This document shows, piece after piece, positions 57,086-64,000 of a stretch of DNA of 64,000 bases. Below the pieces are notes generated by a model. It was not told the DNA's origin. It saw only the letters and a program-made list of their open reading frames with translations, and made no database searches. Position numbers and translations under genes: made by a program. Source of the stretch: a bacterium CG_4_9_14_3_um_filter_65_15 (GTDB taxonomy: Bacteria > Krumholzibacteriota > Krumholzibacteriia > LZORAL124-64-63); assembly GCA_002790835.1 (NCBI GenBank), contig PFVX01000079.1:3130-67129 (forward strand), read 5' to 3'. Each line of letters opens with the position of its first letter. The stretch's first letter is position 1.

Positions 57086-58227
57086 CGCGCAAACCCGGTC
57101 GCGACCCCGACAAGCCCTCCGCCCTGCACGTGCGCAAGGGTGTCACCGGGGGTCACGACGGCCTGCCCGGCAACTCCGCCAGGGAGCGCCTCGGAGGCAA
57201 GGGTGGAAACGGTTCGCCGCCTCCCATCCTGTCCGTCGCGGATTACATCGACGGCGTGCGGGCCGGGGACCGGGTGATCCTCGGTCGGGCCATCACCCTT
57301 ATCGAGTCGGGGGTGCCGGCGCACCAGGCGTTGGCCCAGGAAGTCCTCACCGGGCTGCTGCCGCATCGCGTCGAGGCGGTGCGGGTGGGCATCACCGGGG
57401 TGCCCGGCGCGGGCAAGAGCACCCTCATCGAGGCGCTGGGGCTGCACCTGATCTCCCAGGGGCACCAGGTCGCCGTCACCGCCGTCGACCCCAGCAGCAG
57501 CCTGAGCGGCGGGAGCATCCTGGGCGACAAGACCCGCATGGAGAAGCTCGCCGCAGCGCCCGAGGCCTTCATCCGTCCGTCACCTGCCAGCGGTACGCTG
57601 GGTGGGGTGGCACGCAAGACCCGCGAGACCATCGTGCTGTTCGAGGCCGCTGGCTATGACGTGGTCCTGGTAGAGACCGTGGGGGTGGGCCAGAGCGAGG
57701 CGGTGGTCCGCTCCATGGTGGATTTCTTCATGCTGGTGCTGCTGGCCGGAGCCGGTGACGAGCTGCAGGGCATCAAGAAGGGCGTCATGGAGCTGGCCGA
57801 CGTCATCGTCATCAACAAGGCCGACGGGGCCGGGCGGACGGCCGCCGAGGCCGCGCGCGCCGAGTTCGAACGGGTGCTGCATTATCTGCGTCCGGCCACT
57901 TCCGGCTGGGAGACCCGCGCGGTGCTCAGCTCCGCCCTCAGGGGCGAGGGCGTGGCCGACCTGTGGGACGGGATCATGGAATTCATGGCCGCCGGCCTCG
58001 CCTCGGGCACCCTGGCCGAGCGGCGCTCCTCCCAGGAGCGCGCCTGGCTGCACGCATTGGTGCGCGAAGGATTGGAAGTCATCTTCAACGGGCACCCGGG
58101 GGTTCGCGAAAAGATGACCGAGCTGGAAAACGACGTGGCCGCAGGGCGGTTGCCCGCCACCGCGGCCGCGCAGTTGCTCCTCGATTACTTTTCCTCGGGC
58201 CGGAAGCCTAACGATACAGGCTCTTGA
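57082..58227 (+). CDS. meaB: Methylmalonyl-CoA mutase-associated GTPase MeaB/ArgK
   Basis: P-loop [16 protein letters not shown], ...[15 protein letters not shown]. It overlaps the mutB stop (ATGA). Confidence 0.88.
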
Positions 58228-58559
58228 TCTTGCCCCAGGCCTGCGGTTCGTCGGCCACGCTGAGCGCGCCGCACACGATATCCCCGAAGACGATCGATTT
58301 TCCGCCGCCGGTCTTGGCCGGGAAGGTGAACATGTCCTCCCAGCCGCTGCCCTCTGCGGGGCGGGGGCTGGCGGACCTGCAGGACTACTACCGGATGCTG
58401 TCCGGGTCTGCGCACCCCGACCGGGCCTTGGCCCTGGCCCGGGCCCAGCGGCACATGATCGCGGGCGAGGGTGCGGCTGCGGCCGGAGGATTGGATAGCG
58501 GATTTCCCGGTTTCTGGGCCGGCTTCGTGCTCAGCGGGAACGGGTCCGCCGGTCCCTGA
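58212..58559 (+). pseudogene. C-terminal remnant of a CHAT (caspase-like) domain gene
   Basis: ..[10 protein letters not shown].. resembles the CHAT catalytic-Cys region (LVVLSACETA). ..VLAGKVNMSSQPLPSAGRGLADLQDYYRML.. resembles [29 protein letters not shown]. ..GFWAGFVLSGNG resembles HPYYWAPFVLIG. The frame is open only from 58212, and the N-terminal His-containing half is absent. Confidence 0.45.
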
Positions 58560-58656
58560 CCATTGGTCCCCGCCTACCGGGGATTTGGTGTCCGGGCGCA
58601 TGTCCTGTTACATTGCCGCGAAACCATCGGCCAAAATTCCCTGTCTCGAGGATGCC

Positions 58657-60261
<1,605 letters not shown>

Positions 60262-60411
60262 AATTTTTGTAAGGCCAATCCGTTTCCCCAAACAGGGCAT
60301 ACGTGTGCGTCGAGCAGGAGCAGCCAGGTCCTATCCGGCTCGCACAATCCCCGGGAGATGCCGAAGTGAAGGTGGGGGAATCGGGGCCGTCCTCAGGGGC
60401 TGCCCCGTATT

Positions 60412-61695
60412 TTATGCTGCGGGGTCGATGGGTTCGGGGATCGTCACGGCAGCCAGGGCCGCGTCGACATCCTTGAGGCCGTTGCCGGTGACCAGGACGG
60501 CGACCGCTTCGGTGCCTTTGATCAGGCCCTGGTCGCGCGCCGCGATGATGCCCGCCAGACCGGCCGCGCCGCTGGGCTCGGCGAACACCCCGGCCAAGCG
60601 TGCCAGCTGCCCGATGGCTTCGGTGATGGCCTCGTCCGGCACTGCGAGGAACGCTCCGCCGGTGCGGCTGACGTAGCGCCAGGCTTTCACCCGGTTGCGC
60701 GGGATGCCCACGCTGATGGAATCGGCGAGGGTCTGGGGCACGATACTCGGCACCGCAGCGAGAATTCCCGGGCCGCTCAGGGTGGCCGGGTCTCGGCGGC
60801 AGTCCCGCCAGGCGGAGGCCAGGGGGGCGGCGCCGGCGGCCTGGACGCCGATCACGCGCGGAAGGCGGTCGATGATCCGGAGGTGATGGAGTTCGAGCAG
60901 ACCCTTGGCCACCGAGGAGACGATGCAGCCGTCGCCCACCGGCACCATCACCACATCGGGCAGGGCGCCGGGGCAGTCGCGTACGAGCTCCAGGATGGCG
61001 GTCTTCTTGCCCTCGACCAGCAGCGGGTTGTGGGCGCAGTTGCGACTGTACCATCCGTGCTGTTCGATGCGGCGCAGGGAGAGGTCGAAGGTCTGGTCGT
61101 AGGTGCCGTCGACCCGTACCAGATCGCTGCCGTGGACCAGCAACTGGGCCAGCTTGGCGCGGGGAGCCGCCGCAGGCACGAAGATCGAAGCCTTCAACCC
61201 CGCGCGAGCCGCCATGACCGCCAGGGAGGCTGCGGCGTTGCCCGTCGAGGCGCAGGCGATGTGATCGATGCCCAGCTGCACGGCCCGCGCGATGGCGACC
61301 GCGGCTGCCCGGTCCTTCAGGCTGCCCGAAGGCAGCCGGGTGTCGTCCTTGAGAATCAGCGCAGCCAGACCCAGGTGCTGCGCCAGACGCGGCGCAGTCA
61401 GAGGCGCCAGGCCCGCCACGTCCCAGCCGGGATGCCGGGCCTCGGGCTGCACGGGCAGCTGGTCGGCGAACCGCCACAGTCCCGACACGGGTCCCGAAGC
61501 GAACCATCTTGAGTCGGCACGCGCCTTGGCGGCCAGGTCGTCCAGGTCGTACTCGACGTCGAGGATGCCGTCGACGCCGCAGTCGGCACACACGAAGCCG
61601 GCGTAATCGATGGGGTAGACGCGATTGCAGACCACGCAGCGGCAACCCGTCCACAACGGGTTCGAAGTGACGACCGGAAGCGGCAAGGCACCCAC
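60412..61695 (-). CDS. thrC: Threonine synthase (PLP fold-type II) with an N-terminal zinc-ribbon
   Basis: CRCVVCNRVYP...FVCADCG ribbon, then the PLP motif PSGSLKDRAAAVAIARAVQLGIDHIACASTGNAAAS. The GTG start at about 61695 is uncertain. The 5' end is within 2 nt of the upstream stop. Confidence 0.7.
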   Translation of the reverse strand: MGALPLPVVTSNPLWTGCRCVVCNRVYPIDYAGFVCADCGVDGILDVEYDLDDLAAKARADSRWFASGPVSGLWRFADQLPVQPEARHPGWDVAGLAPLTAPRLAQHLGLAALILKDDTRLPSGSLKDRAAAVAIARAVQLGIDHIACASTGNAAASLAVMAARAGLKASIFVPAAAPRAKLAQLLVHGSDLVRVDGTYDQTFDLSLRRIEQHGWYSRNCAHNPLLVEGKKTAILELVRDCPGALPDVVMVPVGDGCIVSSVAKGLLELHHLRIIDRLPRVIGVQAAGAAPLASAWRDCRRDPATLSGPGILAAVPSIVPQTLADSISVGIPRNRVKAWRYVSRTGGAFLAVPDEAITEAIGQLARLAGVFAEPSGAAGLAGIIAARDQGLIKGTEAVAVLVTGNGLKDVDAALAAVTIPEPIDPAA

Positions 61696-61697
61696 CG

Positions 61698-62675
61698 CTA
61701 CATGGTCAGGGCCATGAGGCCCTTGGCGGTGTGCAGCCGGTTCTCGGCCTGGTCCCAGACCACCGACTGGGGGCCGTCGATCACCGCGTCGGTGACCTCC
61801 TGCCCACGGGTGGCCGGCAGCGGGTGCATGTAGATGGCCTCGGGGGAGGCCAGGCCCATGCGCCGCTCGTCGCAGATCCAGTCGGGATACTTCTCGATGT
61901 GCTTCACGGCGGCCTCGCGGTCGGGCTCGTGCACCAGGCAGCCCCAGCTCTTGGGGTAGACGATGTGTGCGCCCTCGAAGGCGTCGTCCATGTTGTCGGT
62001 CGTGGCGAACTTCCCACCGGCGGCGACGGCGTTGGCCTCGGCCTGGGCCATGATTTCGGGCTGGAGCTTGAACTCGGGGGGATGGGCCAGGGTCACGTCG
62101 AGCCCGAAGCGGGTCATCAACAGGATCTCGCTGTGCGGGACGCTGATGGGGCGCACGTAGCTGGGGGCGTAGGTCCAGCTCACGGTGATCTTGCGGCCGC
62201 GCAGGTCGCCCTGGAACTTCTCGCGGATGGTCATCAGGTCGGCCAGCGCCTGGCAGGGATGGTACAGGTCGCACTGGGCGTTGATCACCGGAACCCGACT
62301 CATGCCGGCTACCTTGCGGATGAAGCTGTTGCCCAGGCCCCAGTCGCAGTTGCGAATGGTGATGCCGTGACCCATGCGGCTGAACACGCGCGCGGTGTCC
62401 TCGGCGGTTTCGCCGTGGCTGATCTGCAGCTTGCCGGGGGCCAGGTCGTGAGCGTGGCCGCCGAGCTGGGTCATGCCCGCCTCGAAGGAGTTGCGCGTGC
62501 GTGTGCTCTGCTCGAAGAACAACATGAACAGGGTCTTGTCGCGCAGCAGGGCGTGGGGCTCGTCCCGGTAGAATTTGCGCTTGAGGTCCCAGCTGGTCTG
62601 CAAGGCCAGTTCGAGTTCACTGGTCGACCATTCCTGGGTGGTGATGAAATGGCGGCCCTGGAGGGGTTTGCTCAT
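61698..62675 (-). CDS. Ornithine/aspartate carbamoyltransferase-family protein
   Basis: The carbamoyl-phosphate motif FEQSTRTR and HPCQALADL, HPLP are present. 326 aa. An AAGAGG ribosome-binding site is upstream. Confidence 0.65.
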   Translation of the reverse strand: MSKPLQGRHFITTQEWSTSELELALQTSWDLKRKFYRDEPHALLRDKTLFMLFFEQSTRTRNSFEAGMTQLGGHAHDLAPGKLQISHGETAEDTARVFSRMGHGITIRNCDWGLGNSFIRKVAGMSRVPVINAQCDLYHPCQALADLMTIREKFQGDLRGRKITVSWTYAPSYVRPISVPHSEILLMTRFGLDVTLAHPPEFKLQPEIMAQAEANAVAAGGKFATTDNMDDAFEGAHIVYPKSWGCLVHEPDREAAVKHIEKYPDWICDERRMGLASPEAIYMHPLPATRGQEVTDAVIDGPQSVVWDQAENRLHTAKGLMALTM

Positions 62676-62822
62676 GGTTCGGCCTCTTGGTTGACAGTCC
62701 ATACTCGTTTCCCGTAACGGGCAATGGTACGCCTTGGGCGGCCCGGAGGCCAAGGAGGGAATGACAAAAAACGTGGACCCGGCCAAAGCCGGGTCCACAT
62801 CGGGCGAGAGCGAGAGGCCAGG

Positions 62823-63449
62823 TTAGCGGTAGGAGGCCTTGAGCGCTCCCCAGCTGGTGGCGTCGTCGGCCACGCTGCCGCAGTTGTCGTTGTGGTCACC
62901 GAGGCCGCTGAAATCGTCGACGGCGGCGAAGCTCCACTCGATGCAGGGGTCGAACAGATCGTCGATGATCGTGTCGCCGCTGCAGACGCTGGCCAGGCGG
63001 CGCAGGGAATGATTCTGGGTGGAACCGTCGACACAGGACCAGTAGTTGCCCGGATCCTGGCCCACGCGGCCCACGCTATCGACGGGCAAGCCGCCGCCGG
63101 TCAAGACCAGGGCGTCGTTGCCGCTGAAGGAAATGCCCGCGTCGGTCAGGTCGGCAAGCGCCGTCAGGGCGGGGCCGGCCAGGGAGTTGGCGACCACGTA
63201 CACGCCGCCCGAGGGCAGGTTGACCGCAGGAAGGTTCACGGACCCGGCCGGGCTCGCTGCGCCGTTGGGGTAGCGTACGATGGCGTAGTTGGACAGCAGG
63301 ACCGCATCGGCGGTGCCGTTGAAAATTTCCAGGGCCTGGTTGTCGCCGGACCCTTCGACGTATTCGGAGATGAGCAGGTCGGACGTTTGGGCCAGTGCCG
63401 AACCGGCCAGAAGCAGGAACAGGCCGAGCACCGTTAGCGATTTCATCAT
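62823..63449 (-). CDS. Secreted lamin-tail-domain (LTD) protein
   Basis: Signal peptide MMKSLTVLGLFLLLAGSALA, followed by LLISEYVEGSGDNQALEIFNGT (LTD signature). Confidence 0.6.
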   Translation of the reverse strand: MMKSLTVLGLFLLLAGSALAQTSDLLISEYVEGSGDNQALEIFNGTADAVLLSNYAIVRYPNGAASPAGSVNLPAVNLPSGGVYVVANSLAGPALTALADLTDAGISFSGNDALVLTGGGLPVDSVGRVGQDPGNYWSCVDGSTQNHSLRRLASVCSGDTIIDDLFDPCIEWSFAAVDDFSGLGDHNDNCGSVADDATSWGALKASYR

Positions 63450-63588
63450 AGAACCCCTGATTCGGTTGAGGCCATACCAGACCGTCGGCAGGTGCCCCCT
63501 GCCAAGGACCAGGAATCCCATAGCATTCATCCTGGGCGATTATGAGATTATATCAAAACAATGCCATTTCTGTCAAACACAATCGCCC

Positions 63589-64000
63589 TCAAGACGACCG
63601 GGAAACCCACACGCCGGGCAAGGCGGCGTAGGCGGCGCAAGCCTCGACGACGTGCTCGACGGGACAGTGCTCGTTGGCCCGGTGAGCCTGTTCCTCGGGG
63701 CCGGGGCCCAGGCCGATGCACGGCACATGGTGCAGACCCATGATGCTGACGCCGTTGGTGCTGAAGTTCCAGCTGGCGATTTCCGGTTCGCGTCCCAGGG
63801 CCTGGGTGAAGGCGTCGACCGCGGCGCCCAGCACGGGATGATCCTCGTCCAGCAACCAGGTGGGGTAGTACTTGTCCATGGGGTAGACCAGTCCGGTCCA
63901 GCCCGGTTCGCGGTAGGTCAGGGTGAAGACCTCGGCCTCGACACCGGCGGCGGCCAGGGCCAGCTCGACCTCCTGCAGGGCGGACTCGCGGGTCTCGCGG
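63589..64000 (-). CDS. M20-family metallopeptidase/deacylase (ArgE/DapE/YgeY-like), 5'-partial (continues beyond the window)
   Basis: The C-terminal domain ...NGVSIMGLHHVPCIGLGPGPEEQAHRANEHCPVEHVVEACAAYAAL is present. The frame remains open to nt 64000. Confidence 0.6.
   Translation of the reverse strand, partial: RETRESALQEVELALAAAGVEAEVFTLTYREPGWTGLVYPMDKYYPTWLLDEDHPVLGAAVDAFTQALGREPEIASWNFSTNGVSIMGLHHVPCIGLGPGPEEQAHRANEHCPVEHVVEACAAYAALPGVWVSRSS

Noticed and set aside
60370-60400. Short GC hairpin (GGGGC-T-GCCCC / CCCCG...CGGGG) between cysS and thrC
   Set aside because: The stems are only 5 bp and there is no U-tract. That is too weak to call a terminator.

Overview
This is a 64 kb, very GC-rich (roughly two-thirds G+C) segment that looks bacterial and chromosomal. 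It is densely coding, with about 60 genes on both strands. The evidence for a bacterium is an ECF sigma/anti-sigma pair, a SPOR domain protein, FabH, sigma70-like -35/-10 promoters, a diderm outer-membrane beta-barrel protein and a T9SS/Por-type C-terminal sorting domain. No rRNA, tRNA, CRISPR array or transposase was found.

Most of the window is core or accessory metabolism:
- tRNA-dihydrouridine synthase, a PduO-type cobalamin adenosyltransferase, cysK-cysE and cysS
- a beta-oxidation operon (fadB-like / fadA / acyl-CoA dehydrogenase) divergent from a TetR regulator with a FadR-type operator
- methylmalonyl-CoA mutase mutA-mutB-meaB
- oligopeptidase B, a threonine-synthase-like enzyme plus a carbamoyltransferase, a Rex repressor, a sodium:solute symporter, a PAS histidine kinase and glycoside hydrolases

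The parts that stand out are:
- A compact lipid-tailoring cluster, in order desaturase, desaturase, ACP, fatty acyl-AMP ligase, GNAT/FemAB-like acyltransferase, sulfotransferase. It follows a sharply AT-rich promoter island and is flanked by an outer-membrane beta-barrel gene. It is predicted to build an unsaturated, N- or O-acylated, sulfated lipid that I do not recognise as a described pathway.
- An archaeal-type gatE-gatD tRNA-dependent amidotransferase operon in this bacterial context. It is bordered by a 33-bp perfect inverted repeat and the 3' stub of a truncated FAD-dependent dehydrogenase gene, which points to horizontal acquisition.
- An archaeal-style HMG-CoA synthase / thiolase / DUF35 trio.
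- Four decayed genes: fabH (frameshift in a G-run plus an in-frame deletion of about 58 aa that removes the catalytic cysteine), an FNR/fpr gene with an internal deletion and frameshift, a CHAT-domain remnant after meaB, and the FAD-dehydrogenase stub.
- A DUF1573 / rhodanese / MauE-like membrane operon, and a cysteinyl-tRNA synthetase carrying an inserted CPxCG...CPxCG zinc ribbon.

All functional calls come from reading motifs in the translated ORFs by eye. No database search was run.
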